Assembly: GCA_977020255.1 (NCBI GenBank) | Contig: CDROCS010001889.1 | Location: 310,001 to 374,000, forward strand | Length of the DNA: 64,000 bases | Source: Obrimoposthia wandeli | Lineage: Eukaryota | Reading direction: 5' to 3' | Shown here: one piece after another, positions 51,201 to 62,830 of the stretch | Layout: every line of letters begins with the position of its first letter | Numbering within the stretch: position 1 is the first letter of the stretch | Translations under genes and position numbers: made by a program | Notes under the pieces: model-generated | Database searches by the model: none | Seen by the model: only the letters and a program-made list of their open reading frames with translations | What the model was told of the DNA's origin: nothing

Positions 51201-54200
51201 AGATTCTAGAGAAATGTAACCATGGGGACACTTAGTAGCATCGTGATATGCATCAACTAAATATGATATGTTATGAAAGCATGCTTCCAGCCAAACCACA
51301 ACAGTTTGATCACTGGGATTTCTTAAACATTGCAATGTAATGGACATTTACTTGTCAATTCAAGCATCCTGTGAAATCAAGCCAATCTAAATTTGATTTT
51401 TAATTTCCAATATCAATTTTACTGATTTAAGACAATTACATGGTCAAATTTTTATTTAAAGAATTGAAGACACTTTGAAGAACGATCCTGACCTTGAAAA
51501 GTTTGGTTTTGCAAACGGAAAACTTTGAATGTTGACAATACTTTTTCAAGACTACAAGGATACTTCCCTGGCTTGATGGCTTCGGACTGACACTGTATAC
51601 TACTGATGCGACTTTCCATGTCCGCTAAGTGTATCGGCGATCAAAGTCCGCTTAAATTGTTTATAGAAAAAATAATTGGATTACTTTTGAAAATATGACT
51701 CACTAAATTTAATTAAAATTTCCCTAAATCAATTTACTGATATTCAGGAAAGCTGATAAGTGCAATAAAGAGTAAATATAATCTGTATGTTCTACTGCAT
51801 AGGAACTGATAACAGCAGTCTACATTGGGGGAATAATGCTGTTTGTGTCCTCGTACACAGTGTACCTGGCTGAAAACTACCGTGAGCCGAGTACTAAGTT
51901 CGAGACCATAGCAGATGCGCTCTACTGCTGTATCGTGAGTTTCTTCCCTTATTTGTAGTTTTTATTTAGAGTGTAATTATAGAAGTTCTAAAATGTTTTG
52001 TGTATATGCTAACCTTGTCTATTCAAGCATGTCTTTTCCCACCCGCATTGAGAACAATTCCTGGTAACCATTTCCCTCAAATGTAACCTTCAAACATAAT
52101 TCTCTCTTGTACGGCCTTTGGAAACAAAAATCTGGCAAGTAAATCCATGTTAACAGAGGAGTTTTCCGATTGCGCAATTTCTAAATCCGATTCTCCTGAG
52201 TACGGGTCTTAGGCGGTGTATTTTTCAGCATTGCCCAAGACTCCTGATTTCACTCTACTTTTGTGGTCTGATGATTACAATTGAACACCAGAATACAAAA
52301 GTTTGATACCGTCAAGAACTTTCTGCTTGGTTGTTAGAACAATTGTCATGTATCATTTTCAAATCAAGTTGATTCTTTCTTCAATGTTTTACAAAAGAGT
52401 CAAATTAAAATTATAAAGCACTTATTTGCTTAATAATAAGCGGAAGTCATTTTCAAACATTTTAATTCGATTTCTTATATGAATTATATAATAACACACA
52501 GAAACATGATGAAATTAAAATTTACTTAATTTCAAATAATCACATGTGATTATTAACATGTTTATGTTCTAGAATTTTTCTATTCATTGATCAATTTAAA
52601 AAACTCAACAAAATTTCAAAATGACGTGAATATTAACTATTCGAATACCTCAATGTTATGATGTGGCTTGAATTCCCAGTTCATCTACCATCCATAAATC
52701 TACGATGGCATTTTAAACAATTGTCGCTATTTAGATATGCTTGTTAACCCTATCGAACCGTTCTTAAATCCACACTTGACCAATACGTTGGTGCTCCTAC
52801 ACACAGAAAATGCAGTTCTAAAATAGATAGTTTGAAGATTTCCCAGAAACAAAAGGATTAGCCCTCATTTTGAGTTATAATAGCAACGAAGATACCCTGA
52901 TTTGAATCCAGGAGACCTTTTCTATTAAGATTACCGGAAATAAAAATATTACTGAAATAAACATTTACAGAATTTAAAGCATCTTTTGAGTAAGTGTTGT
53001 ACTAACGAATGTAATTGAAAACATTATTACACGCTTAAAAGCAATTGTGGATAGAGGAGATTGGAAAAATCTTAATAGCTTTTCTTCAGTTGCTTTTGTT
53101 TATTTGATATACTGAAAAAATAAAGTTATTGAATTTTAAAATTCGACATGTTTGTTTAAACGGATTATACAAAGTTCCTAATAATTTCCTAAGATATATT
53201 GAAGGATTATTTTAATAAATAGTAAAAAGAATTTCTTTTGAAAAAAGGTACATGAATGTCTTCTCCCTAATATCGTTCTGTGAAGCCTGGAACCACAGAA
53301 TAGAACATTTGTGCGGCGTGAATCATCCTTCTGTGTGGAAACTCATCCACTGGCTCAAAGGTGATTCTGCTCAAATAAGTGCCACTTTACTGAACAATGC
53401 ACGCGGTGAACCTCCACGTAAACGTGTCAAGCGGGTCTATGTGCAACTTCAGGCTCGCTTGTACCAGTTGTGCCGTGACCGCCAGGATGAATCCAAGAGT
53501 GTGGAACAGTTTCTGCGAGGAGCCGGCCATAATATCCGCTGGAAGCCCCATGCAAACCAACCCAACCAAGTGGTTGATGAGTGAACTATTTGCCTAATTA
53601 AACATGTGCTTTTGGTTATATATAATGTGTAAATAAAATGGCATAACTGTACTATGTTTTAATGTAAATAAATGTGAGAACAACAAATGTATCTTTGTTT
53701 ATAATAATTTTTTGGTTTTACTTATTAATTTATTTTATTTTTATAAAATAAAATAAGTTTGCCATTTCTTCCATATTTTGCATATTGCCATTTTTTCTAT
53801 TGCCATTTTTTCTATTGCCATTTTTTCTATTGCCATTTTTTCTATTGCCATTTTTTCCATTGCCATTATTTCCATTGCCATTTTTTCCATTGCCATTATT
53901 TCCATTGCCATTTTTTCCATTGCCATTTTTTCCGTACCCCCCCTAACCCAGATCACCGTCACCACAGTCGGCTATGGTGATATTCATCCAGAGACTTGGC
54001 TCGGTAAAACAGCCTGCATTTGTACAGCCATTATCACCATACCCTTCTTTGCTTTACCTGCCGTGAGTCCTCCTTGTTTCTATTGAATAACTGACCGATG
54101 GCAAATGCTTCAGGGAATTCTGGGATCAGGTTTTGCGCTGCAGGTTCAACAAAATGAGCGCGATAAGCACTTCAACAGGAAAGAAACGATGGCTGTCTCT

Positions 54201-57200
54201 CTGATTCAGGTTTTTTTCTTTGATATAATTTGTCAGTATTTGTTCATTTTTATAAAACTTGTCTAAACTGCAATTTGTTGGGATTAATATTTTGTTGAAA
54301 TAGAAAGTGTATTATTTCTATCACAGTAGCTCAAAATGTTTATCTAGAAATAAAGATTATATCGAAGTTTTGAGAGAGAATTTAAAAGTTATCTATCAGA
54401 TTAACAGAATTTATTTTTTTTAATTTCTTAACTTTCAGATAAAACATGTATTTTAATTTTATTTAACATGAAAATTTTAATAAAGCAACATTACTTTGCA
54501 GTAATGTTTCATTTCATTGATATTTCTTTTATATGTAAAAATATATTTAATTCACAACAAGACTTGAAAAATTGAAAGGGAACGACTATATATTTATAGA
54601 AAAGTGCTAGATTAAATGATTATTTAATGAAGCTTCATTGACTACCAAACAATGTAAAAAATTTATTCTCTCTCAAAAAGCCAAATATTTATGTTATCTT
54701 GTCGGGCATGGTGCAGTGAGCATGTATATGCATCTTAAGAGCAACGATGATGATTACAGAATGAGTGCTATGGAATTTTTGAAATTTATGGTCCAAATGT
54801 CTACAAAGATTTACTGGTTGATATATAAATCTAACAATGTTGAAAATTTTAAGAAGAAGCTAAGGATTTTACTATTCAAAAAGTATTACAAAGAACAATA
54901 TATAATTGAAGCAATTTTGAGTAATAAATCATAGATATCTTTCTTCCGTCAGATACTGGGTTACGAGTAAATATAAGTCACAGAAGCTCAGTGTAAAAGT
55001 ACACAGCTGAAATTACTCGATTGGTGCTTCCAGAAGTTATTTTATCTTCATTGAACTTGACCTATTCTTCTGCAGACCTGGTGGAGATTTTACCGTACTA
55101 CGAGTTGTGTCTACTCCAATTCCACTTGGAAGAAACATATTAACGAACTGAATATGTACCAGAAGCCAGTTAGACCTTCTATGAAGATTCAAAGAAATTT
55201 CTGTATCTCACCGAAGAATATTTACACTAAACTATTCTCTAGTCATTTTAAAATGGGTAAATTGTTTCATGGCTTTCATTAACGTTTTACTTTAGTTTCA
55301 ATTTAGTATGGAACTTTTAAAGTTATTTACGCAAAATTTCTAAAGTATAATTTTACATTAAGTGGGGAAATAAATCCAAAAGAGTGAAGTGATTGATAAC
55401 TAGCATTCTTTCCAAAGTCATGTAGAACTAATGCAAATTTAGAGTATGTTATTTAATTCTGAAATGAATTATTAAATTACAATTGTAATGGTATCAAGAA
55501 ATTATTGCATCCATATCATTTTTTGATTTTAATGCAACGATGAAACGAAATGTAACTTCAATCAACATGCTGCCGGCTAAATTTCCTGAACAAGTTCTGC
55601 AGTTTTGTAGATCATCAACAACTCTCTTCTACAGAAAAGAAGTGCGAGTTCGTGCTGAACAATTTTCTCGATTCCCAAATTTTAAGTTGCAAAGTTTGCT
55701 TTGGAATCAAGCCACAATAAAACTAGCTAGATTCGGGATTTTTTCGTTTTTGTTGCTCCACCACGCCTTCTTTTAAAGCATATTGGACAATTCTTTGCGG
55801 CTAGTGGATCTTGGCATTTTTTAAATCGAAGAGCCATTCTAACAACATGTTTCAATATGTAAACTTTTAAGATTGATTGTTTCCATTCATCATACACCAA
55901 ATATTTGAATTTTTAACTTATCAAATGAAGTGTACCTTTGAGATTTGTTCACCAGAACAGTTAAATAAGGCAATTCATTGATTGGTGTATAATACATTGT
56001 TGCATCATCACAACCTTCTACTTGTACTTTTTTCAGACTTTGGCCAATGATAAGCTGCGGTTCATAATGCAAGATTTTGGGTGGTTCATTTTGAAATGGT
56101 TTTGAATAAACATTAGCCGGGTCACGATCTCTTGACCAATTCACGACTATCATCTTCATAACGACTAGAAATTAAGACAATGGCAGTATCTGTCTGACTT
56201 TGGCTACTTTCTAAATTCTTAACATTTTTGCCATTTAAAAATATTAGAATATTTATATTAAAACAAATTCAAATTAATTCCTTTGAAAATGGGAAAATGT
56301 AACAGCAAAACCGCAGCTCTTATCCGGTTATTTAATTATCTGAAATACAGGGAACCCTTAACAAACGTATCAAATAAATGTCTAGTAGAAAAGGAAGCAC
56401 CAAAGGAATATTGTGTGTGTTAATTTAATGGAAAACTATGTGTAGATAGTGTATTTCTTTTAGACTATCATAATTTAATTGTTTTGATTTGGACAGTTAA
56501 ATTAAATGCGAGTCGAATGAATTAAAATACAAAGTTCATTTTGACCATTAGCGTTTTCAATACTGTAAATAATTAAATTTGCCAGAAGTGACTGTATCAA
56601 GACAAATAGAAAGGGAAACCAATCATATGTGTACATGGATTCCCACGATCTTTTGGGACGTCTAGAATTGTATGAGTTACTAACTCGGAATACTAATTGA
56701 ACATTATCGAAAAGTAAAAAGAAAGAAAAAATGTTTCTATTTAATTTCTGCAAAACAATGCACCCATTTATAATATTGTAAAAAATGGCCTCTAGTTTTT
56801 CACAAATGTATAAGTGGTGTTGGAGCTTATTTAAATATTGTTTAATTTAATTGAATATTATACCAATTAAATAAAATTATTTCTGTATTAAAAAGTATTC
56901 AAAGATATCTCAATATTGATTTGTTTTATATTCTTGTGATAATGAATATTAAACATTTGGATTCTCTAATACATAAATGATTTAAGCGCAACCACGCTAG
57001 TTGGAGCTACCTGTTCAGAAAGCTGTATTAATTACGATATGTAAACGCTTCTAAGATACAAAGTTAGCTAATCTGTTAATGCAGCATATAAGTCACAGCA
57101 AATTGAGTGTTTGAGTGTTTCTTACTTGTGTGGTTTGCTTAGAGACGCCTACATAGTTTATTATATATTTAACAGCTTCAATATGCTGCATAAAGTTGAA

Positions 57201-59596
57201 ACTTGGTCATTTCATAAGAATTTTAATGCTTTTCGTCATTATTTATGTTGATAGTTGGTGAGGCAATGGGAGTTTTTCTGTTAGCTTTCATTAAAGTGTC
57301 AGAGGAATATAGTTACAATTAGTGATGAATGTCAGAATTAATCATTTGAAAAACTGGCAAAACGTGTATCTTACGTGTTTGAAAATATGATAAACCTTTT
57401 ACAATGCATAATTCAGTTCATTGATATTTGTCTTATCGGTAAAGAATATTTAATTCATCTATATTAAAATTGTAATGATGATAAATACAAGCTGATAATT
57501 AATTATATATAGCTGACTTCAATTAATTTATATTTTACACATATTTCGAATTTTAATAAACACATGTTTAAAACTAATTAATTTAAAATATTGTTTACTC
57601 ATTTTCTACATAAATATACATCTGCATTCTTCATTAATTACCTTTTAATTTATTACCTTCTGAATAATTTTAAAGTTGTTCTTATATACTACTATAATTT
57701 AAGCTGTATTCCCTTGTTAATTTATCACAGAAAAGCTATCGATTTGTACGTATCATGTTATTTTGAAAATATGAAAAACCAGACTCATCACTTTTAAACT
57801 TGAGTTAGAATTCGTTTACATAATGCACAAATATGGTTGCCATGACAACATCGAGTGTGTAATATACGTAAGCGGTTGACATGGAAACAAGCTATTATGT
57901 CAGCCGTCTATACGGTTACCATGCCAACAAGTGCTTTTATACAGACACATTACTTTTAAATTTGAATTAGTATTTGTTATATGCAAACATAGACAAGCTT
58001 CAATTACTTTGATGTGTATGTATTGCTGCCACTTTTTACATTTTGTAAGTTAATTATATGTTTTGTTCTTGTTCATTTCTCACTGAAATATGGACAGAAA
58101 CCAATGGTTTATAGTGTCATTCTTGGCAACTGGCAAAGTCATTCTCGAAAAATCAAAGTTACTGAACCTGAATCGTTAGAGACCTTCGAACCATAGAGAA
58201 GTAGTATTAAAACTCGTAGAAACAACGGGCACTCCGAGACAGGGCAGTCTGATGTGTGTTCTAAGCGACGGATGACCATATTAAAGAAAGTGTCAAGTGG
58301 CCATTCGGTCTCAACTAGTAATAAAGTTTGTATCGACGCTGAAATCCATTGTTGGACAAGAGCTGTGGACAAGAGCTGTGGACAAGGAAGAAAATTTAGA
58401 CAGACTCCAAGCATCTTATCTTTACTGATGAGTGCTGTGCCACCTTAGATGGGTTGGGCAGTCAATGGACAGGATCTTTCACCTAAACTACCGGGGCAAC
58501 ATGTCGGTATGACCTCAAAAGGTGTGTGAAAATGAACACTGACAGATACAATGAGTTTCAAAGAGTTAATTCCCCACTTTACTACAATCAATTACCTCAA
58601 GCAGGTAAAAGAAAAGCAATATATATGCAATACGATCTCAGCCATTCGTCGATACATAGGAAGCAATTTCTTGAAAAGCAACGGCTTGCAGGCAAGAAAT
58701 CTATGGACTGGCCAGCACAATCAGTGACCTAAGTCAATCACCTGACCTAAACCCAATCAAAAATCATTGGACAGTGTTTAATGAACATGTTATATGATCG
58801 TGTAGGGTAGTTCGACAACAAGGAAGAGCTATATCGGAGACTTTGCGAAAGATGGGTAGTACCTTAACTTGACGACTGACTGTCAGTTGATACGCGTATT
58901 GAGGACTATTTCAAGAAAGTGGATATGATATTAACCATTACCTTTGTTTAGGATGTACTAGAAATATATTTAGTTGCCAGTTTGACTTCATAAACAAAAC
59001 TTTCACACTTTACCTATCACACTACATTCAAAATTTAACTAAAAATTAAACTATACTAAAGAACTGCGAAAATAATAAGTGTATCTGGTAGTATAATACA
59101 GGATACACTTATTATTTTCGCAGTTCTTTAGTATAGTTTAATTTTTAGTTAAATTTTGAATGTAGTGTGATATGTACTTAAACCTGGTAAAGAGCTAGTA
59201 AAATAAAAATTCACTCAAAAAAATTCAAAGTACAACTCGGGCTTAAGTTAATTGAAAACTTAATTTTCAGATATTGCAGATTTCCAAAAAGTAAACTTAA
59301 TTAATAGTTCTCAGCGTACTAAACTTGATTTTAAAAATGTGATTATTTAAATTAAATAAACGTTAATTTTCAAAGTATCAAATTTTGATTATTTATTTTA
59401 CAGTCTTTGTACAATTCAGATGTTGAAAATCAAGTTATCAGAAGTCGGAGGGACGGTATCTACAATCTCTGCGAGTGAATATTTTCTTAATAAGTTTGAG
59501 AATATAGTTGTCTTCCACAGGCTCAAAGATGCTCAATTGATCCAAATCAAAATTATCTACACCATGAAATTGCTGATGTTCCGCAAGAAATTCCAG
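42166..59596 (+). CDS. KCNQ: KCNQ (Kv7)-family voltage-gated K+ channel, divergent; 3' end not found
   Basis: Phase-compatible exons give [30 protein letters not shown]...WRGRLRY, RIIRIDR...[46 protein letters not shown] and helix [18 protein letters not shown]. Confidence 0.95.
42419..42506 (+). CDS. KCNQ: KCNQ exon 2 (S1)
   Basis: [29 protein letters not shown]. Confidence 0.9.
42700..43480 (-). mobile_element. Possible piggyBac transposase remnant (KCNQ intron 2)
   Basis: [12 protein letters not shown] and a GVD..D-like segment in the expected order; very decayed. Confidence 0.4.
45650..45776 (+). CDS. KCNQ: KCNQ exon 3 (S2, S2-S3 linker)
   Basis: [42 protein letters not shown]. Confidence 0.95.
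46556..46634 (+). CDS. KCNQ: KCNQ exon 4 (S3)
   Basis: [26 protein letters not shown]; a 43-nt intron follows. Confidence 0.9.
46678..46774 (+). CDS. KCNQ: KCNQ exon 5 (S4, S4-S5 linker)
   Basis: [33 protein letters not shown]. Confidence 0.95.
48616..49275 (+). mobile_element. BEL/Pao integrase C-terminal remnant with polypurine tract
   Basis: KSVKRA...[12 protein letters not shown]...LTPSYF...[11 protein letters not shown]...EIRKLCLI; GGGGGAA followed by TG at ~49266-49274. Confidence 0.85.
49580..50460 (-). pseudogene. Maverick/Polinton retroviral-type integrase, decayed
   Basis: RRPSYIGGV...IQKWLRNQ...DLWQMDF...KYILTCI...NHYSVYS...[10 protein letters not shown]...GRISK...[10 protein letters not shown]. 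Confidence 0.9.
50745..51050 (+). pseudogene. Small basic Maverick conserved ORF, decayed
   Basis: [14 protein letters not shown]...[23 protein letters not shown] fits the remembered Maverick N-x-L/I-K-G-x-I/V small-protein pattern. Confidence 0.6.
51165..51655 (-). pseudogene. Maverick packaging ATPase, decayed
   Basis: Degenerate Walker A ([13 protein letters not shown]), [26 protein letters not shown]...DLRVRTDIF. Confidence 0.85.
51803..51934 (+). CDS. KCNQ: KCNQ exon 6 (S5, turret, pore helix)
   Basis: [44 protein letters not shown]. Confidence 0.95.
52000..53100 (+). mobile_element. Decayed Tc1/mariner fragments (KCNQ intron 6)
   Basis: DQYVGAPTH (QDGAPPH-like) and [10 protein letters not shown] at ~52780-52920; a PKTPDFT-like segment at ~52235. 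Confidence 0.6.
53252..53941 (+). mobile_element. MULE transposon 3' fragment with terminal 15-bp tandem array
   Basis: [22 protein letters not shown]...[11 protein letters not shown]...[10 protein letters not shown]; (TGCCATTTTTTC(T/C)AT)n at 53760-53933 ending CCGTACCCC. Confidence 0.85.
53952..54062 (+). CDS. KCNQ: KCNQ exon 7 (selectivity filter, S6)
   Basis: [37 protein letters not shown]; a 51-nt intron follows. Confidence 0.97.
54114..54209 (+). CDS. KCNQ: KCNQ exon 8 (S6 end, pre-helix A)
   Basis: [32 protein letters not shown]. Confidence 0.97.
55076..55256 (+). CDS. KCNQ: KCNQ exon 9 (helix A/IQ); donor either 55168 or 55256
   Basis: [21 protein letters not shown]; two candidate donors, GTTAGA (phase 0) and GTAAAT (phase 1). 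Confidence 0.85.
55880..56165 (-). mobile_element. MULE/SWIM-type transposase remnant
   Basis: [11 protein letters not shown]...FQNEP...YYTP...YTSFDKLK resembles the region preceding the SWIM finger in invertebrate MULE-like proteins (remembered pattern). Confidence 0.5.
57836..57928. promoter_or_regulatory. Cluster of three RFX X-box-like motifs
   Basis: GTTGCCATGACAAC (57836), GTTGACATGGAAAC (57875), GTTACCATGCCAAC (57915); 39-40 bp spacing. Confidence 0.7.
58197..58604 (+). CDS. KCNQ: Probable KCNQ A-B linker exons, boundaries uncertain
   Basis: GC-richer block; a 39-nt intron at 58507-58545 and an exon at 58546-58604 end in phase 0, compatible with 59404. An in-frame TAG at 58446-58448 requires another intron or a lesion. 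Confidence 0.45.
59015..59172. repeat. Perfect 71-bp inverted repeat, 16-nt loop
   Basis: 59015-59085 is the exact reverse complement of 59102-59172. Confidence 0.97.
59404..59474 (+). CDS. KCNQ: KCNQ exon before helix B
   Basis: [23 protein letters not shown]; ends phase 2; 46-nt intron follows. Confidence 0.7.
59521..59596 (+). CDS. KCNQ: KCNQ helix B exon
   Basis: [25 protein letters not shown] followed by a GT donor, matching the KCNQ ...KKKFQ helix B end. Confidence 0.9.
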
Positions 59597-61793
59597 GTAC
59601 AGTTTTATTGCTTTAGAAATATTATCAAAAATGCAAACAGGTTTTCAGAGGCTTAATCAATATAATAGCGTTCATTAAAAGATAAGAGCTCGCTATTTAA
59701 AATTTCTCACTTTATGTAAATTAGAAATGGGTTCATAAAAATAAAAAGGAACTTCTTGTTGATTGGGAATTATATTTTCTGGATGCATGTATCGAAGTAA
59801 TTTTGGTATACTTATTAAATTGCAAAATGTTTTATTCGTTAAAGAAAACTAAATTGACTGTAAATATAATTTAATTGGATATGGTGGATTATTTTATACC
59901 GATATACATATATTACATATTGAGCTAAAAATTAGAAGAATCTTTTTAAACCTGTCACAAATTAATCTATTTTATAAAAAAATATATATTTAAAAAGTGT
60001 CAGACAATTGATTGTATTATATATATATATATATATATTATATGAGGGTTATGAATAAAAACTTATTTTTTTTAATTTTACAATGATTAAATTGTAGATC
60101 AATGTCATTTGACGTATAATATCTGCATTTTTTTTCAAATTTAAATAATACGTCTTTCAAAGTCATAAACCATAATACAGTATTCTATAATATAGCGTAT
60201 AATATAAATTTTGTAATTAACTATACAGATATAAAAGTCTCATTGAAATACATGTTTCCATTGACACCTGTTGACATGATATCTTGTATAACTTTAATTG
60301 ACCTTTCTGCTTTCGAATGGCTGAAGTGCAAGTTAGAATAGTGAAGGGGATAGTTATGTAATCAGAAGATGAAAATATTCTACAGAGAATATCTGTTCAT
60401 AAAATTCCTGTATACAAGAATAAATCTTGTGTTAGTAGAATTTAACTCTTTTTAATGTATTAGTAGATGTAGTCTGAACTTGTGTGATATCGGGTTTCTT
60501 TTTCTGAATTTTGCTATTAACTTCTGTCAATGTCTTTACTTCTTTTGGTGTCTGCGGTTTTAATAAAGAATATTTTTTTAAAGTTTTTTACTTCTTTCCC
60601 TATCTTTAAAAAGAGCGTCAGTTATCTCATCTTTGCTAACATTGTTTTCCATCATGGCCTCAACGAGTTTTACAACTCTAATGCTGAACGCCTTTGCGAG
60701 TTCACATACTTGATCAACAATGGATTTCTTTTCTAAGAAATTTTCTTCAAATCATTTTTAACTTCGATTGCTGAATTTACCTTTTCATCGGCATTCTTCC
60801 TTAATAATGCAGATTCATCAAACAACAGAAAATCAAATGCATCCCCGATATTAAGATCATTTGCGTCGACCCACTCTTCTATATATTTTAACTCCTTTTC
60901 ACCTTCTTATGAATTCGTTGGAAAAGACTCGAGAACATTCGTCTTTGATTGGTTTCTCATCAATACATTTATTTTAGCGTGGTTTCCAGTTATGTTTACC
61001 TTCGTAAACATAATTCAAAAGTCAGATTCCCCAAACAGAAGATATTCATGTATACAGGAATTTTATAAACTAATATTATCCGTAGGATATTTCCAGATTC
61101 TGATTACATAACTGAATACTTTGGGAAATATTGATCAGAGATGATATTAATTGCCAATGTTTATTTAAATATGTTTGCCTTTTTATAAGACCCTAAACAA
61201 TTAACTAACTCATTTTCTGAATCTTGATGACATTTTCCTCCTAATCCATAACTTTGCACATGGCCCACAAATTATTTTGCAAATTGATTGTAATGTTGAT
61301 CACCGGGATTCTATTAAAAATATGCAACAATAGCGCTTATGGAATGAGTGAAAACCTGTTCCCATCAATTACAGGCCATAACTTACTTTTATCGTTATAT
61401 TTATATGCTTCGCATTAAATGTATAACAACTTTATATAATCTTCTAGATTTACATTTGCTGGATAACTTTATTGAAGTTCTTCGTATTTACTCATGAGTT
61501 CAGTTATGAAAAAATAGTTCATTCGGTGAAATAGAATATGTCAGAATGACATCTTCCATTATAAGTCGGACAACTCTGTCAAGTATATGATGTTGACACC
61601 CTACGTTATTATTATATATATTATGTTAATAAATGTATGTTTCGTGTTTTAAGAAGTCTTTATATTTATGCAAAATAAATGTAAACAAGGTAGTATATAT
61701 ATATAGTTTTAAACCAGAATTAAAATTACATGTAATAGTTTGCATAAAATAAAAAATTGTATTTTTCATTTAAATACTGATAAATAAATTTTA

Positions 61794-62830
61794 CAGGGTG
61801 TCACACAGATAGACCCAATGAAAGAATCCATCCAAAAATCAAAGAGTTGTTTAGAGAAGTTTTGAAAATATATAAATTTTTTGACATTTCAAACCGATAT
61901 CAGTTAAGAAACAACTTAAAAGCCTTATTAGCTTTTTGGGAATATTTCTTTCTTTAAAGATTGCACAAATATTTTATGATAAAAATCCTAAACGTAATGT
62001 CAGTCATATAACTACAAAACCTAAAAGATACTCGAAAGGTCAAATGGATAACTATAGACATCTGCAACTGCTGGCGATATAGTCACTGATGTTTTCTGTC
62101 AACTAACGGGAAATCCTATAACAACAATCAGAAAATTGAGGGAAGAGACAGATGTAAGTTGGGGATTTATCGAATACTTAAAATTTATCATGTCCATCCT
62201 TTCCAAGTTTCGTTAATCCAGCATTAACCCAAACACGATTTTGACTGACATCTGCAATTAGAACAACTCGGTAATTTTGTGCCATCAATAATCTTCAGCG
62301 CTGAAGCCAATTTTATCCTAGTGGTTAAGTCAATATGCGCAATTGTCTCTATTGGTACGATACTAGTCCATACTGGATATGTGATACCAATGGCCAAAGT
62401 ATGCTACTATTTAGCAACATTGATTAATTACACCTTGTCTTTTACCTGGTCATCTTTTCAAATACACTTATTTAGCCATGCTTCTCACACCGATTATGAG
62501 TGATTTCTCCCTTGTTTCACACATGCGACTGTGCTTTCAGCAGGATGTTTCTCCATCGTACTCTGGTGTCGATGTTTGAATATCCCTTGATGATGCTTTT
62601 CATCATCAATGAATAGGTTGTCGATGTACCGTTGAGTGACTTTCTCTATCCCCAGATACATCTCCTATTGACTATTTTCTATGGTATACGATTGACACAA
62701 TAGATGAAAATTCAACCACAGAGATGGCAAGAATCATTGCTGATACTATCCAAAACATTCTAATGTCATTTAGAAACCTCTGCATTAAATGCCGTGAACA
62801 CGATGGGGGAATCACTGTGATCAATTTTGT
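61794..62830 (+). mobile_element. Tc1/mariner remnant
   Basis: TA|CAGGGTGTC terminus; IFSAEANF (FSDEAHF-like), FQQDVSP, SPIDYFLW, CIKCREHDGG. Confidence 0.8.

Noticed and set aside
51748-51802. [13 protein letters not shown] as the KCNQ S4-S5 linker exon
   Set aside because: No phase-compatible donor; the real linker ([13 protein letters not shown]) is at 46678-46774.
53741-54086. ORFs with MEKMA, CHFFY or IAIFS repeats
   Set aside because: Translations of the 15-bp array. Only the TVGYG part (53952-54062) is a real exon.
54638-54934. 98-aa ORF in KCNQ intron 8
   Set aside because: Only a faint RT-thumb resemblance ([11 protein letters not shown]); too weak to annotate.
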